From Octopus sinensis (lineage: Eukaryota), in the NCBI RefSeq assembly GCF_006345805.1, contig NC_043005.1, positions 40,114,001 through 40,178,000 on the forward strand: DNA of 64,000 bases, in the 5' to 3' direction. The notes below the pieces were generated by a model that did no database searches, was not told the DNA's origin, and saw nothing but the letters and a program-made list of their open reading frames with translations. The first letter of the stretch is position 1. The number at the start of each line of letters is the position of its first letter. This document shows positions 9,831 to 21,900 of this stretch, one piece after another. The translations under genes and the position numbers were made by a program.

Positions 9831-11773
9831 CAGATGGGTGGGATTGGAATCCATGTTCTTTTGTTAACATCTCAGTATAATTACTGCTATACTACATGTC
9901 ATAAACTTGGGGGAAATAAAAACCAATAAAGGCATTGCCTTTAATTCACCTGTTGAACTGTACACAATCATATTTTTTTTGTTTACTGTCCCAGAAGACA
10001 ATATTAACTTCTAATTTATCCATATTACCAACCAATGCTAACCTTGATGGATGTTTTATGTTCCAGTAATATAGCTATCTTTAGTAAAATTACTTTAGAT
10101 CTAACCCTCCAAATGGAAAGTAGGAATAGAACCTGTCCTCAGTCAGTCTCACTAACAAAGGTAAAATATATAGAAATCAACTAGGTGCTATTATTTTGTA
10201 CATGTCATCTTACCACCTTTTACTTTCTGATTGCTTTACCTTCAGGATATCCCTGTCAGACAACTTTGGAGTCTCAACTAAAATATTTTCAAGTTTTTAA
10301 CTTTATTGTAATGTTTATAATCTCAATTCGTAATCTATATTTTATTGAGATTTCTCTCCTCAGCCAATTGATGATCACTGTGGTTTGGCTACTATTACAA
10401 TTCCTACAATGATATCTGAATATTTTGGTCTGTCGCAAAATACACTTACCTTTCTAAATTTCCTTCAGTAAGACATCCTATATATTCTAACAATGCTGCA
10501 ATTGTCTCATTTAATTTCCAGCAGATTATACTTTTTGTATGTAAGAAAAGCAGTAGGATTACACAGAAGTTTACAAGATATAAAATGTGGAGGGTAATGG
10601 AGTTTGTCTATCTTTTAACATCTTGGTGTAATTACAACTATACTGTATGTTCACAATAAAGTCTATGTGGCGTATTGCTATTTTCACAAATATAAAACTT
10701 CCCCCAATACTTTGCTTTTCACTAAATTTTCAAACACAATCTGCTTTGGAACATTTCTTTTTTCTTGCTCATAATCTTTCATGTACTTTTTAGACACACA
10801 CCAAGACTTTGTTTAAATATAAAACTTGCATTTGGTGCTCCATTCTAAATTAATTAATAAATTTGATTTGTCAAACTATTGATCATAATAAAACTATATG
10901 TATATGTTTCTTAAAATTATATGAGCAATCAAAGAAAAGTGTCACTAGTTCCAATGCAAACTTTTTTTTTTTTGACCAAATAATTATGACCAGGTTTTGT
11001 TATCTAATTTCAATGTAACTATCAAGACAACTAAAACAAGTGTGAAGGATGCATGAAACTCCTAAAAACCAATAAATGAAGTGTAAAGATATCAAAATGA
11101 AAAGTAAATTATATTCTCACACTAGTAAATGTTATTAACATCTAATTATTGACTAAGATGTGTGTTCAAATCTCATTGGATTGGGTACTCATTTTTATTC
11201 ATATTTCTGTATTTTGCACATCAACACTTATTACTTTGTCCAAATGTAAGCATGGGCTCACTACTCAATACTAAGCTGACAATCCATAAAAGTAATTTAA
11301 CCATTATTATCCCAAGAACAGAAGAAATCAATCAAAACCTATGAAATTATGGGCTCAAGTTTGTTTTTATCAAACTCAAATATGGGTGAAATTTCAGCTT
11401 CATTGAATTAAAGGTTTTTTAAAAATTTTTTATTAGGGGTGTACCTTTGTAGACATTTGGGATGATGTAGGGGTCAAAAATTAGAAAATTACAACAAAAT
11501 GAGTGTTGTAACTGAATAAGTCTATTGCTTTAATTTCATTACATAAGAAAAATACATGTTTATAAAATAGTTTTGCAACAAAAGAATAATTTTTTTAAAA
11601 ATTGCATCCATTAATAGTAGTCTAGTATGAAGAAAGAACAATTATTAGAATTTTTGTCAGTATTGTAATGAAATCAATTACTCTACTAGAAAATGAAGCA
11701 GATTTTCATTTTCTTAATTTCTAAACAAAAAAATACTTAAATGACCACAATAATCTAGATCTTTTGCCAAAAG

Positions 11774-11852
<79 letters not shown>

Positions 11853-13415
11853 TTGTATCACAATTTAAGCCTGTTAGTTGACAAAACCTGTTCTACGTTA
11901 AATAATATGCAAGGTCTACAATTGAAGACATTAGTATAAAATGGGTTAACTATAAATATTTTTATACATAATTAATATCTTAAAATTTATTCTGTTATGG
12001 ATACTTACTCCAAAGAGAAAAGATATAACATTTCAAACAACCTACTGTTATAATTGTTTTGAAATCTTCAAAAGACAATAAATCTTGTAGAATTTTTGCA
12101 AAAAACCTTTGTAAAAATCTTGTAATTATCCTTGTTACCTGTTACCAATATTCAGTCATACAGAAGGATTTATTTTTAAAGTTAATCTTTATTGCTCTTG
12201 AACCTATCAATTAAGATTTTGTGATTGACCCAATTTTACCAAAACTGATATTCACATTCTAGTAAATACAAACAACTTCAGTTATTAGGTTTGTAAAATA
12301 TAAATCATTTATCATATCTAATGGTTCCAAATTTACTGTAATTCATTAATAATTAATAAAGTTGTTGTTTACTGGTATAACTTGTGATTTGTTGACATTT
12401 CTCTTAATCACCATTATCTTGTATTAGTCTTATTTTGCAGCTAGTTCTAGCTTGGAGAGACAATGGTTATCCGAGTAGCAAACCAAAGTTTCCTACTTGA
12501 ATAAAGACAAGATTTAGTGACTATCTCTGAAAACAAACAGGACAGTCACACATGGAACACCTCTGGTCATAAGTCTGTCAATTTTTTTCTCTTGATGCAT
12601 TTGAATGATTTGCGGTATATATCTGCAAGCATAATAAAACTGAAGATTAAGTTGAACTTGTTATTGTAATGTAAATTACATAATCTTCACACATTTCACT
12701 AACAGCATACCAGTATGTTGTTAGGTAATCATTATATAGACAATTGCATAACCACCTAGAAATGCCAGGTCTTTAGAAGAAAATAATTATTTAATCTATT
12801 TTTATTTATCAGCCTGTTAAATGGCAGTTCTCATTTAGTTCTGCATACCATTTGAGATCTGAGGTAAATATGAGGTCCGTATGATCATTTAAATTTTTGA
12901 AGGTGATACTCCAATCACGGTGACAGTTGAAAGACTAAATCCAGTAAAATAATGTTTAAGGACTTAATGGATTCAAATCTAAGGTAATTGATTACTAACC
13001 ACAAGATAATAAATTGAAAACTCTGTATTGAACTTCCACTCTGTACAATAACACTATATGTACATCTCAGTCTCTTTGACTTCCAACCATTAACAATTGT
13101 AATTGGAAGTTGAATGGTTAGATGTTCAAATTTCTTTAAAAATTATTGTGCAAAATATTCTGAGAAAAATTTTTTTTTTCATCACAACAAAACACAGGTA
13201 TCTCTGTGGTAATTTGATCTACTACAAATAGCAGCCAATTCTCTCTTAAAACACACCCTTTCATCAAAAGAAAGTCAGAGATTTACAGTATTTCAGGAAG
13301 AAACAAAGAAACTGCACACACACACACACACACACGTGTATGTATATATCAACACATAGGTATACATATGTATGTACTTCTATGTATGGATACGTGTGTG
13401 TGTGCATGCTCGCAT

Positions 13416-13641
13416 GTTAGTTAGTTAATTTTTTGGCTCAAAAAGCAAGGCCATGTAGGGGGACATGGAGTTATGTACAGGGTGGTGTTCATGTAAAGAG
13501 TTCAGGCCACTTGTGGTCAAGGGAGACTTTGAACCGAGCGGTCGTCGGCATCTTCACCATCTCGTCCGGCAGCTTATTCCACGGATCTGCAACCCGGACG
13601 GAGAAATCCCCTCTCCTTTGATTGAGATGAAATCGTCGCAG
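13416..13641 (-). mobile_element. 5'-truncated 3'-end copy of the same CR1-like LINE
   Basis: Near-identical to 3306-3535, including the (TAAC)n tail. Confidence 0.92.
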
Positions 13642-14099
13642 CTGTTCATGTATAATTTTATGTCCTTTGTATAAGACATAATATTTATTTCTGTCTATCC
13701 CTAATTATGGCCTAATGTCACTTCACCATCCTTGATTTTAAAAGCTATTCAGTTTTTTTCTTTTCTCTCTCACTTTTTGGTTTGATAGAGACATGGCTTT
13801 GTTCAAACTTCCTTGAAAGAGTAAGCAGTCAGGAAAGTTTGTGCAAGTGTGAAAGAAATGTGAAAAATAATACAAAGGGGAATGTAGCTAGAGAACATGG
13901 AAGGAGGGAGATAGGGATTAGGAAGATGAGGAACAGGAGAAAGTGTATGCAGGTAAGTGTGTGGGAGATAGAGGGGAGGGGAATGCAGTGATTGGTGAAC
14001 ATGGGTGGAGAGAGGGAGGGGTGGTGGGTTTAGACATAAACAATGTGCTTTTAGAGCTTTGTTTTTACTTAGATGGGTAGTTCTTCTCAAGCATGGGAA

Positions 14100-14520
14100 A
14101 TTGCTAATCATCTTCGTCCTTTGTTATCTCTGTGAGATTCAACATCTGAAGGTCATTTTTCACCACCTTGTCTCATGCCTTCCTCCACAGGTTCCATCCA
14201 TATTTAGAGACATGCACTTCTTTATGTGGCGATCCTCATCCATATAGGTACATAACATGACCATATCAGCACAGTCATCTCTATTGCACACCACTTTTGG
14301 TGCCTCTTAGACCCAGTTATTTTTGCAACACATTTACACTTTACTGAACATGCACACTGACATTGCACATCCAACAGAGTATGCTAGCTTCATTTCTCTC
14401 AAGTCTTCACGTGTTCTCTGTACTTACAGTCCAGACATGACCATGTAGCATATCTGTTCATACACAAGCATCATTCAATCTGCTTTTCACTCTGAAAAGA
14501 GGTTATTACCAAAAAAGGTA
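14100..14520 (-). mobile_element. RTE-clade LINE 3' fragment (degenerate)
   Basis: Remnant of the RLxWYGHV...GxxPRKTW C-terminal region; similar to 40960-41210. Confidence 0.55.
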
Positions 14521-14585
14521 ATATGCTCTTTGAACTTTCCCCATTCAATTGTGATGTATAAGCAACTATGCTTTCAGAGGACGCA

Positions 14586-14627
<42 letters not shown>

Positions 14628-14650
14628 CATGTTACCAACGTTGCTTCACT

Positions 14651-14893
14651 GGCACCTGTAAAAAGATTTGAGCGAGGTCATTGCCAGTACCGCCTGACTG
14701 GCTTCCGTGCAGGTGGCATGTAAAAAGCACCCACTACACTCTCGGAGTGGTTGGCATTAGGAAGGGCATCGAGCTGTAGAAATTCTGCCAGATCAAGACT
14801 GGAGCCTGGTGCAGCCATCTGGTTGCCAGCCCTCAGTCAAAACCGTCCAACCCATGCTAGCATGGAAAGCGGACGTTAAATGATGATGATGAT
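14651..14893 (+). mobile_element. (GAT)n-tailed SINE-like repeat
   Basis: gtaaaaagcacccactacactctcggagtggttgg..aggaagggcatc..catgctagcatggaaagcggacgttaaatgatgatgat; many copies in the window. Confidence 0.8.
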
Positions 14894-16379
14894 ATATACA
14901 GTTACGAGTGAAAAATTATATTCAGATATTTCTCATTTGTACAATGTGAATAAGAACATTGCTCTCTGGTTTTGCAAGCGAAGATAAAAACAATGACTGT
15001 TTAAAATGCAGGTGGTATGATTTGGTGTGCTCTTTACTGTGTGGGCAAACTATAAATACTACTATTGAACACATGAAGAGTTAGTCTGTACTGGGAGTTA
15101 ATGTGTGAAGCAGTTGGTTTGGAGTATGCTGAAAGTCGATGCGAAGTCAATGTGAGTGGTTTATGTGAATAGCTGGTTCACAGTCAGTGCCATGCAGTTG
15201 ATGTGAGGCAGTTCATGTTGAATAGTTGGCACAGTAATTGATGTCAGAAGTGGAATATGTATTGTGATGGTGAACGTCAGTGGTAAATGTTAACAATGAC
15301 GTCTTTGCTGCGAGAGAACAGTTATAAGTTGGTTCGATGCGACAGTGAATGTCTAGTTAGTGTGACCAGTGGACGGTTTTGAACTTGCAGCAAAAATAGT
15401 CAGTGTGAACTTGGCAACATAAAAAATGCGGAATGGTTACTGGACTAATATGAATTCGGAAGTAATAACAGAATCTAGTTGAAAGAAAAGATTTTTTTTT
15501 TTTAAAGTGGTAGAAAATAAATCATTAGACTGGTGAATAAAAGAAGAGCTTACCAAAAGACGTCTACATATTTCAAAGGTAAATAAAAGAACTCTCTAAA
15601 GAACTATTTATTCCATAAATGTTTATTTACCTCTTAATTAAAGTTCTTGTAGTTTGCTAATACTCAATGGTTTTGTTTGCTATTGTCAACTCTTCTGATT
15701 TCTGTAACTACTGTTTCTTCTGCTCCAAGCAAGTTGACTCGCTAAGGTTACCTGAGCTACAGATACAGACTGTTGGAGTCTGTTGGTGGTGTCGGGAGGT
15801 CACACATGGTGCAACTAGACTGACAGGTAAAAACACATGTGGATGGATGTATAAATAGGAGATAAATTAATATATGCAGCAAAGTTTATTTGTTCAAATC
15901 TGATGTTCCATACTGTGTCTATACTGAGTTTCTTACTTAAAGAAAAAAATAAGATTTTAAAAAATTCTGGCAGATATCAATAAAGAACTCAGTATTAAAA
16001 GAACTTGGTTAAATGTTTAATCAGATACCAGTAAATGTAAGTAGAATACATATCCCAGGTAAATCCAACAATCCTTTTGCAGAAATTTGAGAAATTCAAA
16101 GTATTTAACAACAAAAAAATACATACAAAGAAAATCATATCTTTATTTTTGATCTCACCTTATAAATCCAACAATTGTTTCAATTGCATTAACATTATAT
16201 ACATACACACATGCATACATGTACATATTTATATATATATATAGAAAAGATCATTAAAATTAACATTATCCTTAAAAATACATGTTAATATAACATGAAC
16301 ATCTGAAAAAATTAGCAGTTAATAAACACTAACAAAAAGAAACGCTTAAATTCAATTCAACCCAAAACACTCCTTCATT

Positions 16380-17900
16380 GGATAATGAAATTGTTTTATA
16401 AAAATATAATGTACAGATAATGAATTTCCTGAATTGGGAGGTGGATTATATAGAGATGATGCTCTTTTCACAATACATAGTTCTAATACAGTTAATTTAG
16501 AAAGGTCTGGAAAAAATCTTTCAAAATTATTTAAGTGTCTTGATCTTTCTATCACTATAGAAAATGTCTATACTAAGGTTAACTTCCATGATATTACTCT
16601 TGATTTAAGTGATGAGCTATACCAACCTTATCATAAGCCTAATGAATGCTTATGATATGTAAATAAAAATTCTAATCATCCAAGGAGCATAATAAATTCT
16701 ATCATTAAAAATATATCTACTCTTATTTCGAGGCTTTTGGCTATTGAGGATGTATTTAAATAAAAATAAAAATTACTAGAACCATGCATTATTTGAAGCT
16801 GGATATAAAAACAAAATTTACTATATCCAGAATCATAATAATAAAATTCCAGAAAATGATAGAATTTTCAATAAGGTGAAAATTAATAGGGAGGCTAATA
16901 AAACTAAGTAGTTAGATAGAAATAAATGCATTAAACAATCTTTTTAACAAGCTAAATAAAAGAAAGAGCAATAATGATACAAATGTGATAGACAATAAAC
17001 TAGGTATTGAAAATGGACATATTATTAAGTATAGGTATTAATCTATAGATACTAAACATGTGGTTGGTATGAATATTAATGATAATAGTAGTAACAAATT
17101 TAGGAATAAAAATTACAATAGGAAAAAATTCAATTTTAATAAAGGTAATCTGACAAAGAAGTATATATTAATAACAAATATATGGTATGCTCTATTCTCA
17201 TATTCAATAGCTTCTAATATCCCTCATAAATTTATTTGCAGCACTAGATAGGTATTTCCTGCCTTCAAGTAAATATGAGAAATTATTTAATAGATATAGT
17301 GTAGAGTTTTCGTATTCAGTCACTAGTAATTTAGCTGGGATTATTGCAGCACACAATAAACAGAAAATTAGGGAATATCTAAATTTTAAATCTATAAATA
17401 AAAGTAGAACAGATAATGTGTATAGTGGAATTAACTTTAATGATATCTTTCTGAACAATGTCTCAGTTCTATAACTGATCACAACTCTGATAAAACAGTT
17501 AGGCTTTCATTAATATTAATTGTAATAATAATAATCCCACCTAATTTGCAGAGGAGTACTTGTGGAAAATCTTTCAATTATGAGTACCAAATACAAGTGT
17601 AAATGTCTAAATAAAACTATGTCTTTTAGAAAATCAGTGTTTAAAGAAAAATATAGTATATCAGTGTAAGGTAACTGGAGATAGTAAGTATTATTATATT
17701 GGTTCATCTGCCACAATATGGAAATCTAGATTTTATTATCATTCTAATTCCTTTGAGCATAGAAGAAAAAGTATTTCTACAAATCTTAGTAAATGCATTT
17801 GGGATTTAAAGGATAAGAACGTTAAGACTGATTTAAAGTGGTCCATAATACAATATTGGTAATCCTACATGTGATTTTTACCTTGAAAAAATGTATTATA
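16380..17900 (+). mobile_element. Penelope-like element (PLE), degenerate RT + GIY-YIG ORF, 5'-truncated
   Basis: GLYRDD; VNFHDITLDL..YQPYHKPN..YVNKNSNHP; ALFEAGY; NIWYALFS..SNIPHKF; LFNRYSVEFSYS..NLAGIIAAHNK; CLKKNIVYQCKV..YYIGSSATIWKSRFYYHSNSF..STNLSKCIWDLK..WSII. Multiple stops and frameshifts. Confidence 0.85.
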
Positions 17901-18548
17901 TAATTACCTCTAAAGTAATTTTATTGAATTTTAACAGACACTTTACATTAAGATGTTGCCATAAATTTAGAAAGATACTCAAATGTTTAATTATAATAAT
18001 TTTTCAATTATTATATAATAAGATTAATTCTTACAAAAGGTTTAATATAATGAGTAAATAGCTAAATATTGTGATGTAAAGTATCAAAGTTTCTATTAAA
18101 GCATTATGTAGAATTCTTTAGTTATCCAGTGACATTAAAAATTGTATACAAAAATACTGTTTTAGGTTATTTTTCTATGTTGATTTCTAATTGTCATAAT
18201 GTAGAATTCTTATTTGTATTTTTTTATTTTGATTTCATCATTCACTGATGTTACCAATAGTTGAATGACTTTTCTTAAATACATCTATTTTTTATTTCAT
18301 TTTTATTTTTTATAAAACAATTTCATTATCCAACAATGTAATGACGAGTTGAATGAAGGAATGTCTTAGGTTGAATTCAATTTAGGCATTTCTTTTTCTT
18401 AGTGTTTATTAACTGCTAATTTTTTCAGATATTCAGTTGGAATTTCATTAATTTTGGATAACCTTGATAATGTTGTATTAATATATATTTTCAAGGATAT
18501 TATTATTTAATGATATTTTCTATATATAAATATGTACATGTATGTGTG

Positions 18549-18590
<42 letters not shown>

Positions 18591-18854
18591 AATGTATGTT
18601 AATGTAATTGAAACAATTGTCGGATTTATAAGGTGAGATCTAAAATAAAGATATGATTTTCTTCATACTTATTTTTTGTTATATATAATACATAGGATAT
18701 TGGAGCTGTGTTCTTAAAGTAGAATTTAAAAACAGTTTATCAAGTTTAGGAAAAGAATAGCTGTGTATTTTAAGTTGTGTCCCTGACATTCAATAGCTTG
18801 AGCAAATCCATATAGTGATATGTTTGAGAAGAGTTAGATTTTGTTCTTAGTCAG

Positions 18855-18959
18855 CTAATCGGCTTGTCTCTGTTTTGCTTTTGGGTTGCGGTAATCAAAC
18901 AGGCTTGTAGCTTTCATATCACCAACATAGTCGAGTGCCTCAACCAACAGCTTGACAAC
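18855..18959 (-). CDS. CPS1: CPS1-like terminal coding exon (105 nt) [34 protein letters not shown]
   Basis: ttgcag acceptor; aligns with the recalled CPS1 C-terminus (KLFAEAV...SLFHYR); TAG at 18855-18857. Confidence 0.93.
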   Translation of the reverse strand, partial: VVKLLVEALDYVGDMKATSLFDYRNPKAKQRQAD

Positions 18960-21900
18960 CTGCAAAGATATAGAACAAATAGAAATCAGGTTTGTTTTAG
19001 AGAAATATATTAACCAAATGATTATATTCCATCGCCAAAATCATTAACATGACATGTTCTTTGGTTTTAAAAGTTTTATTGGCAGAAGTGTTAGAGCAGT
19101 GGGTCTTAACTGTTTTTTATCTATGAACCCCTTTTGTTTACTATTTTACTGTGGTGGACCCCAATAGCTATTCAATGCTTAAAAATTCATTTTATAGATA
19201 CATCTTTTGAAATTCCTAGTATAGATTGAACTATATAAAATGTCAGAGAAAGAAATCAGAACTTTTCAGGGAAGCTTAAAATACTACTGTAGATCCCCAA
19301 TTTACTATTTTGCTACTGTGGGACTTCCTGCACCCCACAAAAATATTATATGGACCCCAGTTGAGAACCACTGTGTTGGAGCATCTACCTGTTTGACTTA
19401 AAGTATACAGTCAGCATAGTGTAAATCAGAACTGAAATATATTTGAATTAGAAAGCCTAGCTGTGAGTGTAATATGAGAATGTTAAGAACATTCCTTCTA
19501 TAATTTTGATGTACAGAAAATCTAGTTTAATCACTAGTTTCTTTGTTGGAAAGAATCTCTCAGGATTAATTTTTATCCCTAGTGTTGATAAAACATGGAA
19601 CTATACCAGGTATGTATTGGAATTGACTCTTATCATTGAGCCTGTCTTCTACAAATTTCTGGTTATTTATTCAAATCACAGAATGAACTGAATATGTTTG
19701 CAATGCACCCATTTTCTAATCTTAATCCTGTAAAATTTCTTAGGTGAGGTTGAGAGCTTCAGGTTTGCTGAAATTGTTTCTTTACAATTTTCTTCTGGTA
19801 TGGTCTTACTAATGCATACATTCACATGACAAAACTTATATCATACATATTTGTTACAATTGCTAATGCAGTTTTAAGTTTCAAAATAATTGAAAATTTG
19901 GGAAGAAATTAATAAAACATGTATAAATTGTTTTATTGGTTCAATGTGTTTATAGTAGGAAAATGAAATTTTTACTAACATGGAAATGTTAAGGGCTTGT
20001 AGTATGTAATCATGACTGGTTGTTCTATATTACTGCTATGAATTCCATGCATTGTTATAGCAGTGTTTTTTTTTTATTATTATTCAGGTACCATAACACT
20101 GACTTATTTGTTCATTCATTCATTTTTGTATCCACTTACTGGTATAGCTTAGACTGACACTTGAGGTATTATATTATGGCCACATGCTCTTCCTATAGCC
20201 ACTATTTGTTATCAAATAGGAGACTTTTTATCCCACTTGTCCTCACAGGACAAGGCGCATGGCTCAGTGGTTAGAGCGTCGAGCTTACGATCGTGAGGTT
20301 GTGAGCTCGAATCCCGGACTGGGCTGCGTGTTGTGTTCTTGAGCAAGGCACTTTATTTCACGTTGCTCCAGTTCACTCAACTGTAGAAATGAGTTGCGAC
20401 GTCACTGGTGCCAAGCTGTATCGACCTTTGTCTTTCCCTTGGATAACACTGGTGGCGTGGAGAGGGGAGGCTGGTATGCATGGGCGACTGCTGGTCTTCC
20501 ATAAACAACCTTGCCCGGACTTGTGTCTAGGAGGGTAACTTTCTAGGTGCAATCCCATGGTCATTCATGACCGAAGGGGGTCTTTACCTGTCCTCACAGG
20601 AAGCAGTGGAGCTGTAGAATGTATTGGTTATTGTCAAATGTAATGCTTATTTATTCACATTCCCTCTCTCTCTCTTTCGGAGAGGCACAAGCACCTACAC
20701 GCACATATACACACACGGCAGTAACTTCCACCTACCGAATTCAATCACAAAGCTCCGGTCAGCTCGGGGCTATAGTGAAAGACACCTACCCAAAGTGCCA
20801 CGCAGTTGTTTTGAATTAATCCTGCATTATCTTGTAGCTTTGAGATTTCGATAATGGGATTGTTTACTTTTAAGTATGACATTGTAGGGTAGGTGTAAGA
20901 GGTCAATTTGAACATAAAACAAATGGAATATTTTGGCCAGATATGGCTGGTTTAAATGTTAAAGGGTTAAATGGTGTCATGCAAAGTGAAAACTGAAAAC
21001 AAAATATTGGAGAAATTACTGAACTTTTCAGGTTCCAATAAAAAATGTGTATAACTGCCTTTTAGTTTTTAGTACTCTCTTCTATCTTTGTTCACGTTTA
21101 TGTGTTTATGGATATCAGTTGTTATTCAAAGCTATTGTCATCCTAGATGGGTAGCCTGTAATGATACTTATGAGTCTGTCTCATTCATGCCATTTCATTT
21201 TTGAAATATTTTGCATAACTGCATGGTCTTTCTATTACCTTGCATAAGCAAGCTTTCCCAATTTGAGCTGGATTTAATAGTATTCTCCTAAATCAGTTCT
21301 TATTTGGAGTTACTGCCCTCCTAGACAAGTATCTTGTAAACTGGTTTGTGGAGTTTTCTTCTCAATCATAAATTCCACTAATGAAGAATATGAAAGTGAT
21401 TTTGTGTAGCTTGGTATAAAGGATGTTGCAATTATGTGAGTATATGCTGAGAGAAAGGGGTTACAAAGTATCTGAGTTTGGAATGATAGTGTCCGGAGAG
21501 ATGGTATCTCCAAACAGACAAGTAGCATATGGCATAATGAATTAATCCTTTTGAAAAGTTGTGAGATAATTGTTATGATGGGGATGGGTGGATGTGTACT
21601 GACCTAAAAACTACAAACTACTCGAGCGTATGTTCAGAGAGATTTTAAATTTATATGTTGAATAAAGATAGATTGAACATTTTATCGTGCTTCTGCCCAA
21701 AATTGTGTCAGACAAAATATGACTGCGGCCAGTCAGATACGAGAGTGTACCCAAAAGTAACTGGAAACATTCTCTGTGGGACAAGCCCATTGTAGTTCAG
21801 GCTTACACCACTAGAAGTCACTTGATGCAACCCTCAGGCATCAATTTGCCAACCAATGTTATCCAGTGGGGTCATGTTTTCTTAGCTCTCTTTTTTCTTC

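Noticed and set aside
15000-15860. TATA-like tataaata (~15049) and a possible Cys-containing exon at ~15730-15815
   Set aside because: No supporting ORF, homology or consistent splice phase; indistinguishable from background
17900-18500. Hammerhead in the 3' region of the Penelope-like element
   Set aside because: No CUGANGA-stem-GAAA arrangement found; the sequence is very AT-rich and degenerate
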